Shown: piece by piece, positions 10,367 through 18,815 of the stretch
Layout of the letters: every line of letters begins with the position of its first letter
How positions within the stretch are numbered: the first letter of the stretch is position 1
Virus record (IMG/VR): IMGVR_UViG_2667527827_000004
Location: 1-20,206 of that record
Reading direction: 5' to 3' (one strand)
Length of the DNA stretch: 20,206 bases
Source of the DNA: a virus
Taxonomy: Duplodnaviria; Heunggongvirae; Uroviricota; Caudoviricetes
Made by a program: the position numbers and the translations under genes
The notes under the pieces: model-generated
What the model was told of the DNA's origin: nothing
Seen by the model: the letters and a program-made list of their open reading frames with translations, nothing else
Databases searched by the model: none

Positions 10367-12394
10367 TTACGCCGTACATTTCACCAGACCGCGGTGATCA
10401 ACTGGCGCGACACCGGCGTCAATACGCACTTTCGTTGTCACGCCATCCACACTGAAGCCCTCCATCTGATCAATATATGGCGTATCCACACCGTTGAGAT
10501 AAGCCACTTCAATCGTATCGGAGCCTTTTGACGCAGCCAGGTAGAAGGTGGTCTGGCTGTTATCATCAAGACGAGGCTCTGCAATAACGGTCGCAAAATC
10601 TTTCACCGGGTTAATAATACCGGCGTTAATGTCAGCCCCCTTGACACTTGAGGAGCGAATGACCTGGTTAGCAACAGACTCCATCGCCGTCGGTACCAGT
10701 ACGAACGCAGGACGAATATTCAGATGACGCTCCCCCTCTTTCTGAACGCGCATCAACTGGCGGGCTTTATCCAGCGATGCCACGTCCATTGCAGCGCTCT
10801 CCAGTACGTTTGCATGTTTCGCTTTATCGAACAGACTTACATTATCTGTGGAGATTTTCGGGTTAGACGTCAGAATGGCATAAACCAGATCGGCAATAGT
10901 GGATTTCGCCGCACGGCCCAGTTTCATCGGGACATCGGTCAGCATATTCAGATCATCATTGATAATGGCCTGACGGGTGATACTGAACAGCTCGCCATAG
11001 GTCGCCAGTGCAATAGTGGCCTGTTTATCTCCGGTGGTGACGTATTTATATTCCGCCCCTTCACGCACCTGACGCAGAGCACTGAAGCCACCCATACCCA
11101 CACGATGGGCAATTTTAAAATCAGACAACTGACCTTTCCGCGTCCACTGTTCATAGGTTTCAGGGGCATCTTCCCAGCCCTGCAGAATGGCTTTGTTCGC
11201 AACATCCAGCAGAATATTACCGAAGTCAGACGTACTGTGTGTGAACGCCGCACCGACCATCTGCATCGGGTTATAACTGGAAACCCCAATACCCCGTTCA
11301 GTCAGTGACATACGGGCATATTCACGCAGGGTCATCCCGTTGTAGACATTATCACGTTCGGTTTTTTCAAATCCGGCACGCGCCATCAGCGCCTGGCGGA
11401 TCCCGTCCCCCACAAAATTACCGTTACCGGCATAAATATGAGCCGGGGTATTTTTATTGGATGGCGTGGACTCGCGCCCCATCTCGTTCAACAGCTTTTC
11501 GCGGGCCTGCTCCAGCGAACATTCAGGATCGGCAAGACACTGAGCCTGCAGCGTCTGATAACGCCCGCCAAACATGGCAAACAGATCATTAATACCGTTT
11601 ACACGCGCTTTTTGCTCTGCCAGTACCTGCGCACGGATGCTGTTTTCATCCACCACGGGTGCTGCTGCCTGCACTGGCGTCCGGGAGGCTTCAGGTTCAT
11701 TATCCTGTACGCGTGGAGCACTGTTGCGTGGCGGAGTAATCATGTTTCGAATGGATTCCGGCATCTTTTTAAATTCCTCTGTACGTTTTGACTGAATACA
11801 TGCCATTGCCTTAACGGCTGGCGTTACCTGATCAGCAAATCCATGTGCCAGACATTCGGCACCGGACATCCAGGTCTCATCCGCCAGCATGGCAGCAATT
11901 TCATCGGTGGTTTTCCCGGTTTTCTGTGCATAAGCGGGTAACAGAACCGCCTCAACTTTATCGAGCAGGTCGGCATAGGTGCGCATGTCCTCCGCATCAC
12001 CGCCCGTAAAGCCAAATGGTTTATGAATCATCATGAAGGTGTTTTCCGGCATAATGACCGGGTTTCCCACCATCGCAATGACCGACGCCATTGACGCCGC
12101 CACACCGTCGACATAAACGGTAATGGACGCACCATGTGTTTTCAGCGCATTAAAAATGGCGATGCCTTCAAAGACATCGCCACCCGGTGAATTAATATGG
12201 AGATTAATGTGGGTGATATCGCCCAGTGCATTCAGATCACTGATAAACTGCTTCGCTGTAACACCCCAGAAACCAATCTCGTCATAAATATAAATATCCG
12301 CGTCACTCTGGTGACCAGCCTGCATCCTGAACCAGGAATTATTCTTCGGACTGGTCGTCGGTGTGCTGCGGCTCATGTCGTTTCGTTGCGGCAC
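10367..12394 (-). CDS. Prohead protease (ClpP/S14-like) fused to scaffold-like linker and major capsid protein
   Basis: N-terminal region (ADIYIYDEIGFWGV...INSPGGDVFEGIAIFNAL...YVDGVAASMASVIAM...MIHKP) has a ClpP-family protease signature. Middle region is Ala/Gln/Glu-rich. C-terminal ~330 aa resembles a major capsid protein. Proposed start is the GTG at 12394 (AAGGAGG 5 nt upstream), in frame with the ATG at 12376; the ORF-track start at 12586 lies deep inside the portal gene. Confidence 0.75.
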   Translation of the reverse strand: MPQRNDMSRSTPTTSPKNNSWFRMQAGHQSDADIYIYDEIGFWGVTAKQFISDLNALGDITHINLHINSPGGDVFEGIAIFNALKTHGASITVYVDGVAASMASVIAMVGNPVIMPENTFMMIHKPFGFTGGDAEDMRTYADLLDKVEAVLLPAYAQKTGKTTDEIAAMLADETWMSGAECLAHGFADQVTPAVKAMACIQSKRTEEFKKMPESIRNMITPPRNSAPRVQDNEPEASRTPVQAAAPVVDENSIRAQVLAEQKARVNGINDLFAMFGGRYQTLQAQCLADPECSLEQAREKLLNEMGRESTPSNKNTPAHIYAGNGNFVGDGIRQALMARAGFEKTERDNVYNGMTLREYARMSLTERGIGVSSYNPMQMVGAAFTHSTSDFGNILLDVANKAILQGWEDAPETYEQWTRKGQLSDFKIAHRVGMGGFSALRQVREGAEYKYVTTGDKQATIALATYGELFSITRQAIINDDLNMLTDVPMKLGRAAKSTIADLVYAILTSNPKISTDNVSLFDKAKHANVLESAAMDVASLDKARQLMRVQKEGERHLNIRPAFVLVPTAMESVANQVIRSSSVKGADINAGIINPVKDFATVIAEPRLDDNSQTTFYLAASKGSDTIEVAYLNGVDTPYIDQMEGFSVDGVTTKVRIDAGVAPVDHRGLVKCTA

Positions 12395-13847
12395 TGCTGC
12401 CTCCTTTATCACTGGCCGGATCGGTATCAAATACCAGATCCAGCTTGCGGTTTTCATCAATTTCGGCCTTGCGCCGACGTTTGACATCATCCGGATTACG
12501 ACCACCAGCACGTACCCAGTCTGATTCTGTCGCCGCTCCACCACGAATCTGGATTTTCCAGGCCTCAGCCTCCTTAACAGGGTCAATCCACGGCATCACC
12601 GGTCCGGAATACACCGCGGTATACAGTGAAGAACGGTCAAGATCGCGGGGTAGCCTGATAACACCGGATGCCACAGCCTGTTTCAGCCAGGCACGATACA
12701 TCGGACGGGTGACGGCACCAATAAACCAGTCCTGCAGGATCAGGTAGCCATCAGTGGATTCAACCAGCTCCTGACGCTGGGCGCTGTAAGTGCCGTTATA
12801 GTTGCGCGCTGTACTGGAAAAACTCAGACGACTGCCCGCCGCCACGGCACGCAACTGACCATTACGAAAAGTTTCAAGGTTAGGATTGGGGCGATCCGAC
12901 TTCACCATTCCGATTTCTTCGCCGGGTTTCAGATCATCGTAAATAATGCCTGGCTGAATGGTAAGCTCGCGTTCCTTATCCTTGCTGCCATTACCATCCG
13001 CTTCATAGCTCTGCCCGTCGCCTTTCCGGATGTACATCCCCAGAGCAGCGGCGATCCTTGCTGCAGTCAGCTCAGAATCTTCATACTCTTTCAGAGCACT
13101 GAGGCGGATCAGCACACCGGACAATAAAGACGTCCCGCGCATCTGGTGCAGACGGCGAACAAATTTAAGATGCAGCATTCGCTCTGCATCCACTTCTTTG
13201 GTTTCCATCTGCCGTCCGGATACGGGACGGCTTTTATACACCAGATATTTTTCGGGACGCCCCCAGTCATCAACAAACACGCCCTGATTCAGCCTGTTGC
13301 TCTCATCACTGGTCATGGGAATAAAGTCCGGCTCGAGCGCCTCCAGCCAGAAATGAACACCGGCAGAAGGCGTCAGGCTGTTTATGCGCCCGGAAACCAT
13401 CTGGGCAAACACCTCACCATCGCGCAGCCAGGTACGAAGCATCAGACGTTCCAGCATCGGACGGGTAAACTGCCCGGTGACTTCCGGGCTGACAGACCAT
13501 TCACTCCATCGGGTGCGAATCTCCGCAGCCAGGTCACGGGCAATGGCCCCATTGCGTAATACCGGATGTGGCTCGACAATAATCCCGTTTTTCCCCACCA
13601 CCCGTTCTTCCAGCTTGTCAAATACACCAATAACCAGATCGTGGTTGTTATCAAGGTAACGGGCCTGCTCACGTAACGACACGGCCCCGTACTGGCTTAA
13701 CTGGTCGGCAGTTCGGTTCTCCCGTCGGGCTTTGTGTGTCCGCGTCGTTTTTACGGCCTCATAAGCCTGGATCACCGCACGGGAACGCAGCCTTGCCGCT
13801 TTCCATCCTGGTGAAAAAACGCCAATCACATCATCAAGAATTGCCAT
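12339..13847 (-). CDS. Portal protein
   Basis: ~500-aa ORF between W and the protease/capsid gene, the canonical portal position and size. Start ATG at 13847 overlaps the W stop (TGATG). The ORF-track start at 13919 is an upstream extension into W. Confidence 0.85.
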   Translation of the reverse strand: MAILDDVIGVFSPGWKAARLRSRAVIQAYEAVKTTRTHKARRENRTADQLSQYGAVSLREQARYLDNNHDLVIGVFDKLEERVVGKNGIIVEPHPVLRNGAIARDLAAEIRTRWSEWSVSPEVTGQFTRPMLERLMLRTWLRDGEVFAQMVSGRINSLTPSAGVHFWLEALEPDFIPMTSDESNRLNQGVFVDDWGRPEKYLVYKSRPVSGRQMETKEVDAERMLHLKFVRRLHQMRGTSLLSGVLIRLSALKEYEDSELTAARIAAALGMYIRKGDGQSYEADGNGSKDKERELTIQPGIIYDDLKPGEEIGMVKSDRPNPNLETFRNGQLRAVAAGSRLSFSSTARNYNGTYSAQRQELVESTDGYLILQDWFIGAVTRPMYRAWLKQAVASGVIRLPRDLDRSSLYTAVYSGPVMPWIDPVKEAEAWKIQIRGGAATESDWVRAGGRNPDDVKRRRKAEIDENRKLDLVFDTDPASDKGGSSAATKRHEPQHTDDQSEE

Positions 13848-14065
13848 CAGAACCTCGCCAGCCGATACCCGGGATGCCCCCGTCGTCGTGTAATCAGAGC
13901 CGCAAGGCGGCGCTCCCACTCCTGCCGTCCCTGCCGGATCTCAGATAAGTTTTCCATGGTCATCTGCTGACCATTAAAGGTGACGGATTTTCCGTCCAGC
14001 ACCGCCATTTCAGCTTCCGTATAACGCTGAATCATGGCTTCGATATCATTCTGGTTCATAACCAT
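13847..14065 (-). CDS. W: Head-tail joining protein W-like (gpW family)
   Basis: 72-aa ORF MVMNQNDIEAMIQRYTEAEMAVLDGKSVTFNGQQMTMENLSEIRQ... between large terminase and portal, the same position and size as lambda gpW. Overlaps both neighbours, indicating translational coupling. Confidence 0.7.
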   Translation of the reverse strand: MVMNQNDIEAMIQRYTEAEMAVLDGKSVTFNGQQMTMENLSEIRQGRQEWERRLAALITRRRGHPGYRLARF

Positions 14066-16155
14066 CCTCCGGAAGTCAGCCAGGGGTTAACATCGTCAGT
14101 TACTGTTTTCTTCCGTTTTTGTTTTTTAACAGGCGTGGATACCGGTTCCGGTGAGGATGACGGTTCGGTACTGTCCGGGACACACTCCAGCCAGGTTTCC
14201 CGGCTCGCCCACTCCGGTGCATCCGGCCAGCGGATCTTTTCGTATCCATGCAGAATGACCAGAGCCTCGGCATACACCATCAGGTCAAAAGCTTCGTTGG
14301 CACCGCGACCCGGCTTACTCCATTTCCCGTCACTGCTCCGCTCTTCATACGTCAGTTCGTCGTAAAACCAGCTCCCCAGCCAGTCAGGGAAATGCACATA
14401 GCCGGGACCTGGCGAGTCACGCCATAACGCGTTATTCACCCGGTCTTTCAGTGCATCCGTCTGAAGAAGCCAGAGCGGCACATCACCTGCGGCCTGCGCC
14501 CGTCGGCCCGTTCGTCCGGTGTTATCAGGGAATGTACGGGTGATCAGTTTTGCGCGCCGGATGCTGTCGCCCTTAAACAGGTAAATACGTTTACCAAGGC
14601 CATCACGACGGCAACGACGCCAGAATTTATAGGCATTATCAGTGACCCCGTCTTCACCGCCGGAGTCCACCGCCATTGCCATCAGTCGCATTTGTTGAGA
14701 AGGATCGGAGGCCAGCGGCCAGCTTTTATGAAAAACATCCGTCAGCAGGACATCCCAGTCTTCCGGATAGCTGGCCGGATCAATTCGCTGGCTCTCCCCG
14801 TCGCTGTCACCGCGCAATGACTGCGTGATGTTGTAACGATCAATAATCCAGCGTTCGCCACGGCTGCCATAGCCCGTTACCTGAACCACAAAACGGCGAT
14901 GACGTCCCGCCTGCACATCCACTGTCGCCACAAGAAAATTAACGCCATCCGGCACACTGCGGGAAGGAACTGGCTCTGCCCGCTGCTCAAGCAGTTCACT
15001 TTTTCGTTGCTCCATGCTGGCGCGGGGAAGATAAGGTAATCCCCAGTCGGTGTTGATAACCGCCCTGAGTGTTTCTTCACTTCCTGTCGCTTCATACTCC
15101 TGTTCTGCAGTCAGTAATTTGTAAACCAGTTGCGCCCAGGTCTGATACGCAGCAGCTGGCCCTTCCATCCAGAAACTGGCGATACGGGAGCGGCGCGGTT
15201 CACCGGAAACGTTGCCGTTACAATCAATGACCTGACCTTCACGCAACCAGACTCCTGCACTATTGAGCTCACGCTTTTTCTCCGCCGTGATAATGCCGCT
15301 GCAGTGCGGGCAAAGTAGATACGCCGCCTCACTGGCTTTAAAGGGATCCGGTTCATTACGGTAGCCGGTCATGGCATCCATGGCTGGCTGAAAATATTCA
15401 CCGCAGTGCGGACATGGCCAGTACCAGCGGCGGCGGTCACCACGATTGTAAAGGGAAAGAATACCAGTCGTCGGTGGCGCTTCATGAGGCGACTTACGTC
15501 GCCATTTGCTGTCGCAGATGTCACGTCCCGGCGAGCTCTCCACCAGAGTCATCCCGGCGGACATAAATGTGGTGGTACGTTTTGAGGCCAGGGAGAAACC
15601 ATCACCCTCGCTGTCGATATTCTCCGGAAAACGGTCGTAATCGGTTAAGGCGACAAACCGGTAATCCGACGACGACATAATGTTGACCGAGGGCCAACCA
15701 ATTTTAAGGAACGAGCCATCCCTGAACGTCTTATCATGGACATTATTGTCATTACGACGTGGACTCATTCTTTTCTTTACCGCCGCACTGCTTCTGAACG
15801 TTCTGTCGAGGCGCTTTTTTGAATGCTCGCGGGCCTTATCTTCGGTCATCTGCACAACGAGCATGTCCGAAGGATCGCAAACGATGGTATAGACAATCCA
15901 TCCATCGATCAGACCAATGGTCTTCCCTGTTCGCGCAGGACCAACAAAAATCACCGCATCGTATTCACGCGATGCCAGGCAGTTCATGGGCTCAATGATG
16001 TAGGGTGTCAGTTCAGGATCCCATGGCACCGAGTTACCAGCCCCCTTGGGAACACGCATGAATTTTTTAACAGCCTCCGAAATCGGCATGCGACGTGGTG
16101 GGGAAAATCCTGCCGATATGTCCCTTCCCAAATTTCGGGCTGATGAAAAACCCAT
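14056..16155 (-). CDS. A: Terminase large subunit (lambda gpA-like)
   Basis: 699-aa ORF with a Walker A-like motif (VGPARTGKT) near the N-terminus and a CxxC...CxxC cluster (CPHCGEYF...CPHCSG). Sits immediately after the small terminase gene. Start at 16155 is preceded by AGGAGG with ~5-nt spacing. Confidence 0.9.
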   Translation of the reverse strand: MGFSSARNLGRDISAGFSPPRRMPISEAVKKFMRVPKGAGNSVPWDPELTPYIIEPMNCLASREYDAVIFVGPARTGKTIGLIDGWIVYTIVCDPSDMLVVQMTEDKAREHSKKRLDRTFRSSAAVKKRMSPRRNDNNVHDKTFRDGSFLKIGWPSVNIMSSSDYRFVALTDYDRFPENIDSEGDGFSLASKRTTTFMSAGMTLVESSPGRDICDSKWRRKSPHEAPPTTGILSLYNRGDRRRWYWPCPHCGEYFQPAMDAMTGYRNEPDPFKASEAAYLLCPHCSGIITAEKKRELNSAGVWLREGQVIDCNGNVSGEPRRSRIASFWMEGPAAAYQTWAQLVYKLLTAEQEYEATGSEETLRAVINTDWGLPYLPRASMEQRKSELLEQRAEPVPSRSVPDGVNFLVATVDVQAGRHRRFVVQVTGYGSRGERWIIDRYNITQSLRGDSDGESQRIDPASYPEDWDVLLTDVFHKSWPLASDPSQQMRLMAMAVDSGGEDGVTDNAYKFWRRCRRDGLGKRIYLFKGDSIRRAKLITRTFPDNTGRTGRRAQAAGDVPLWLLQTDALKDRVNNALWRDSPGPGYVHFPDWLGSWFYDELTYEERSSDGKWSKPGRGANEAFDLMVYAEALVILHGYEKIRWPDAPEWASRETWLECVPDSTEPSSSPEPVSTPVKKQKRKKTVTDDVNPWLTSGGWL

Positions 16156-16163
16156 TATTCCTC

Positions 16164-16691
16164 CTAGAGACTCTCTCCTTCCTCATCAGGAATTAATTCA
16201 GCAGCACAAGCCTCGTAGGATTTTTCCTGAAGAGTGTATCGCAGGTCATCAATGGCCTGCTGTACAACGCCAACGGCCTGAGGAGTCAGGGCGCAATCGC
16301 GTTCAAGAACATCCGGAATTGTCTCCAGAACCTGGACGACAGCCTTTCTCATGGACGAATAGACGATGACTACTTCATCAACGGGGATGAGTTTTCGCTG
16401 CTCCTTTTCCAGCTTGATCCTTTCATTTTCCGACTGGTACCAGTCCTTTCTCTCTTTCGGCTCCATACGGGATGGATCATGAACAGAGTCTGCTGCCTCA
16501 TGCTTCACACTAAACAGGGCAGGCCCGACATGCTGCAGGGCGTAAACGGGGTTCCCCCTGACAGTCGCAGCCACAGGAGTGTTGGCCGCGAGGAGCCGTT
16601 TTTTTACTGTGTCCCAGTGAAGCCCAAAGGCCTCGGCGATTTTAAAAACACTCCAGTAATAAGCATCACCGATCCCGCTCACATTTGACAT
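16164..16691 (-). CDS. Nu1: Terminase small subunit (lambda Nu1-like)
   Basis: First gene downstream of cos. Start taken at the ATG at 16691 (MSNVSGIGDAYYWSVFKIAEAFGLHWDTVKKRL, GGAG 7 nt upstream); the N-terminal region looks like the DNA-binding head of a small terminase. The ORF-track ATG at 16703 has no RBS. Confidence 0.8.
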   Translation of the reverse strand: MSNVSGIGDAYYWSVFKIAEAFGLHWDTVKKRLLAANTPVAATVRGNPVYALQHVGPALFSVKHEAADSVHDPSRMEPKERKDWYQSENERIKLEKEQRKLIPVDEVVIVYSSMRKAVVQVLETIPDVLERDCALTPQAVGVVQQAIDDLRYTLQEKSYEACAAELIPDEEGESL

Positions 16692-16870
16692 AAGCAACTC
16701 CATCTGGCAGGTGAAAATCAGGTTTATTTATATATTTCAATTAATTGCAAACTAGTCTAATGACAGGGAGAAAAAAATATTGTACAGCTGAAAAGAGAAA
16801 TAACTTTTAATTATCAATAAATTACCAAACATGCTGCCGCCGCCATGGAAATGCAAAAACTAGCCTTTTT

Positions 16871-16888
16871 CCGCGACGCTCCCGCCCC
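16871..16888 (-). other. Putative cos site (cosN core), lambda-like
   Basis: Minus strand reads GGGGCGGGAGCGTCGCGG, versus lambda GGGGCGGCGACCTCGCGG around its 12-nt cohesive end, recalled from memory. It lies ~185 bp upstream of the Nu1 start, as in lambda, and the intervening stretch is AT-rich (cosB-like). Confidence 0.55.
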
Positions 16889-17253
16889 GTGGCAGGGACC
16901 CCCACTGGGAGGACCCGACAGCCTGACAACCGTGACGAGCATCTGAAACAGAGCTTTACATAATGGCATGGGGATAATTCAGAAGGACATCACAGCATGC
17001 CCACACAAATTAGTGTGAGTGTCCTGTTTCTTACTACGCGCAGGACTGACGAGCATGAGGGGAAAATACGAGAACCGAAATGCCTTATCTTCAGAAATGC
17101 AGCCGGCATCCGAACTGGACGATATTGTAAATTCACCTAAATACGAGGCATTGCTGTAGTTGAATTGCATTGCTGTATTAGCCTGACAGTGACAGAATAC
17201 GATATTGACTCTGTCACTTGTGAAATGGTCAGAATGGTTAGCAGTTATGGTGA

Positions 17254-17460
17254 TCAGTCAACCACCAGGGAATAATCCTTCGTATTCTTATCGTGCTTTA
17301 CTAACGCGGCCTCAATTGCCCTGAATGCTTCCAGAGACACTTGATGTTCTATACATGCAATTACAACATCCGGGTAACCCATCGAAATGGTGCTATTAAG
17401 CATAGTTTTTACACGAACCTGCTCCTGGGAGGGGGCATCAGTGTATTGATCTTTATGCAT
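17254..17460 (-). CDS. Hypothetical small protein (68 aa) in conserved cos-proximal lambdoid region
   Basis: [71 protein letters not shown] with GGAG 8 nt upstream of the ATG. The surrounding DNA closely resembles the stretch between the lysis genes and cos at the right end of phage lambda, by recall. Function unknown. Confidence 0.5.
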   Translation of the reverse strand: MHKDQYTDAPSQEQVRVKTMLNSTISMGYPDVVIACIEHQVSLEAFRAIEAALVKHDKNTKDYSLVVD

Positions 17461-17753
17461 TTTGTCGCTCCATGCGTTTGCTCTTCACTTACGGCTAAAA
17501 ATATAACGTCAAATCACTCAGCATGAAAGAGTTAAAGATTCAGCGCGTTTCCCTTACATAATCTGTCGTTTGTATTCTCTTCAGGCATACCGGAAAGACT
17601 AGGTATTGTCACACAACCAATACCATCGACAATCGAGATTTATACCTATTCGGTAATGTTTAAATATAACAAAACCCCGTAAAAACGAGGTTTATGGGTA
17701 ATTTGTATTGTTGAATAGCATCTGATGAGAAATTGATGCTAATACTAAACAGA

Positions 17754-17927
17754 CTAGATTAAATCAATCTTGATATCATAGCTTTCAAGACCAGTCATTT
17801 TTTCCCGTGCAGTAAACTGGATACTGGTAACTTCTTTCCCGGTCTTTTTCTTAAGCTCAATGATTTTTTTTGTTATATATTCAGAAATATCTGCTTCTGT
17901 TTTTGTTTTTAACTCTTCAATGTTCAT
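17754..17927 (-). CDS. gnsB: GnsA/GnsB family protein
   Basis: 57-aa product MNIEELKTKTEADISEYITKKIIELKKKTGKEVTSIQFTAREKMTGLESYDIKIDLI closely matches E. coli GnsA (MNIEELKKQAETEIADFIAQKIAELNKNTGKEVSEIRFTAREKMTGLESYDVKIKIM), recalled from memory. Assigned to gnsB because of the prophage context. The ORF-track start at 18020 is an extension. Confidence 0.75.
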   Translation of the reverse strand: MNIEELKTKTEADISEYITKKIIELKKKTGKEVTSIQFTAREKMTGLESYDIKIDLI

Positions 17928-18099
17928 CATTTCCTCTTTTAGTCTGTTATGACTTTCCTGGTACACAGTAGTGTCAATTATATGGAGCAAACGTATAAAA
18001 GATAAGATGAAACATCGCAATAATCAACATACGACGGTCTAAATTTCACACAAACAGATAAAGATGATTATCATTTATTATCAATGCATTAGAATCAAA

Positions 18100-18255
18100 T
18101 CAATTCAAGAGTCTCATTGCTGCTTCCAGAATTTCTTCTGAAGTTACATGTCGATCCGCTGCTACATAAATGACTTTATGATCTCCGGTCAGAGATGGAA
18201 ACCCTGCAGCCATTACAGTGAGGTGTGTTGTTTCGCCATTTGGATATTCACGCAT
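18100..18255 (-). CDS. YnfN-like small prophage protein
   Basis: From the ATG at 18255 the product is 51 aa (MREYPNGETTHLTVMAAGFPSLTGDHKVIYVAADRHVTSEEILEAAMRLLN). Its position between cspI and gnsB matches the Qin-type arrangement as I remember it. The start is uncertain: in-frame ATGs also occur at 18291 and 18276 and none has a strong RBS. Confidence 0.5.
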   Translation of the reverse strand: MREYPNGETTHLTVMAAGFPSLTGDHKVIYVAADRHVTSEEILEAAMRLLN

Positions 18256-18375
18256 GATGGTGTTAACTCCGGTCATCACTGGCACTACCATTGCTGGTTC
18301 AGAGTTAAAAAAAACTATTATTTTTTTTCATAATGTTACCGTAATATGTGAGTATCCATCGACTAGACACTAAGC

Positions 18376-18395
18376 AAAAAAGCTCCCGAAGGAGC
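18376..18395 (-). terminator. Putative rho-independent terminator after the cspI-downstream small ORF
   Basis: Hairpin GCTCC-CGAA-GGAGC (18382..18395) with A6 at 18376..18381 on plus, giving T6 after the hairpin on the minus strand. Lies ~8 nt downstream of the small ORF stop at 18404..18406. Confidence 0.5.
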
Positions 18396-18403
18396 CTTCA
18401 TTT

Positions 18404-18619
18404 TCACTTTCTTAAATCTAACGATAGACGGCTAACATTTAAGTATTGTGAAATATTATCAAATGTAATCATCATTGATTTACAAAAGATACATTTTGCC
18501 CCGAAAGGATTCCTGTCAGAAACATCAAAAGATGATGTTCTATACTGAGAACCATGGCAACACGGGCATCTAAAGTGAATATGGTTTGTAATATTTTCTA
18601 CCTCAAAGTGCCACAACAT
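18404..18619 (-). CDS. Small Cys4 zinc-ribbon protein, Ogr/Delta-like (hypothetical)
   Basis: 71-aa [63 protein letters not shown]... Its ATG overlaps the cspI stop (ATGTTGTGGCACTTTGA). Motif CPxC-(5)-RTS-(13)-CxxC-...ITF.N.SQY parallels phage P2 Ogr (CPLC-(6)-RTS-(13)-CxxxxC-...ITYESVQRY), by recall. A terminator follows directly. No obvious RBS. Confidence 0.4.
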   Translation of the reverse strand: MLWHFEVENITNHIHFRCPCCHGSQYRTSSFDVSDRNPFGAKCIFCKSMMITFDNISQYLNVSRLSLDLRK

Positions 18620-18815
18620 GAACAGCCGCGGGGCCTTTAGGTCCGTTCTCAATACCAAATTCGACTTCCTGATTCTCAGTTAACGTTTTGAAATCGTTGC
18701 TCTGAATAGCTGAGAAATGGACAAACACATCTTTGCTACCATCTTTCGGCGTGATGAAACCAAAACCTTTTTCAGGGTTAAACCATTTCACTAAACCAGT
18801 CATTTTGTTAGACAT
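18603..18815 (-). CDS. cspI: Cold shock protein CspI (CspA family)
   Basis: [70 protein letters not shown] is a 70-aa CspA-family protein with RNP1 (KGFGFI) and RNP2 (VFVHF) motifs, matching the Qin prophage CspI by recall. The ORF-track start at 18818 adds one extra Met. Confidence 0.9.
   Translation of the reverse strand: MSNKMTGLVKWFNPEKGFGFITPKDGSKDVFVHFSAIQSNDFKTLTENQEVEFGIENGPKGPAAVHVVAL

Noticed and set aside
12361-13659. Plus-strand ORFs of 85-137 aa antisense to the portal gene
   Set aside because: Shadow ORFs within a well-supported minus-strand gene; Arg/Ser/Pro-rich low-complexity translations.
16979-17170. 63-aa minus-strand ORF between cos and the 68-aa gene
   Set aside because: No RBS and no recognisable motif. 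It lies in a region that appears to be conserved non-coding cos-proximal DNA.
17254-17460. Possibility that the 68-aa ORF is hha, since tomB is in the window
   Set aside because: The sequence does not match Hha (MSEKPLTKTDYLMRLRR...), and it is on the prophage side of the gap. The real hha would lie beyond position 1.
17928-18020. N-terminal extension of the gnsB ORF to 88 aa; similar extensions at 12395..12586 and 13848..13919
   Set aside because: The extensions run into upstream genes or lack an RBS, and the homologous proteins start at the internal Met. Shorter starts were chosen.
18348-18548. 66-aa plus-strand ORF overlapping the zinc-ribbon ORF
   Set aside because: It is antisense to the Ogr-like ORF, which has the recognisable motif, and every other gene in the region is on the minus strand.
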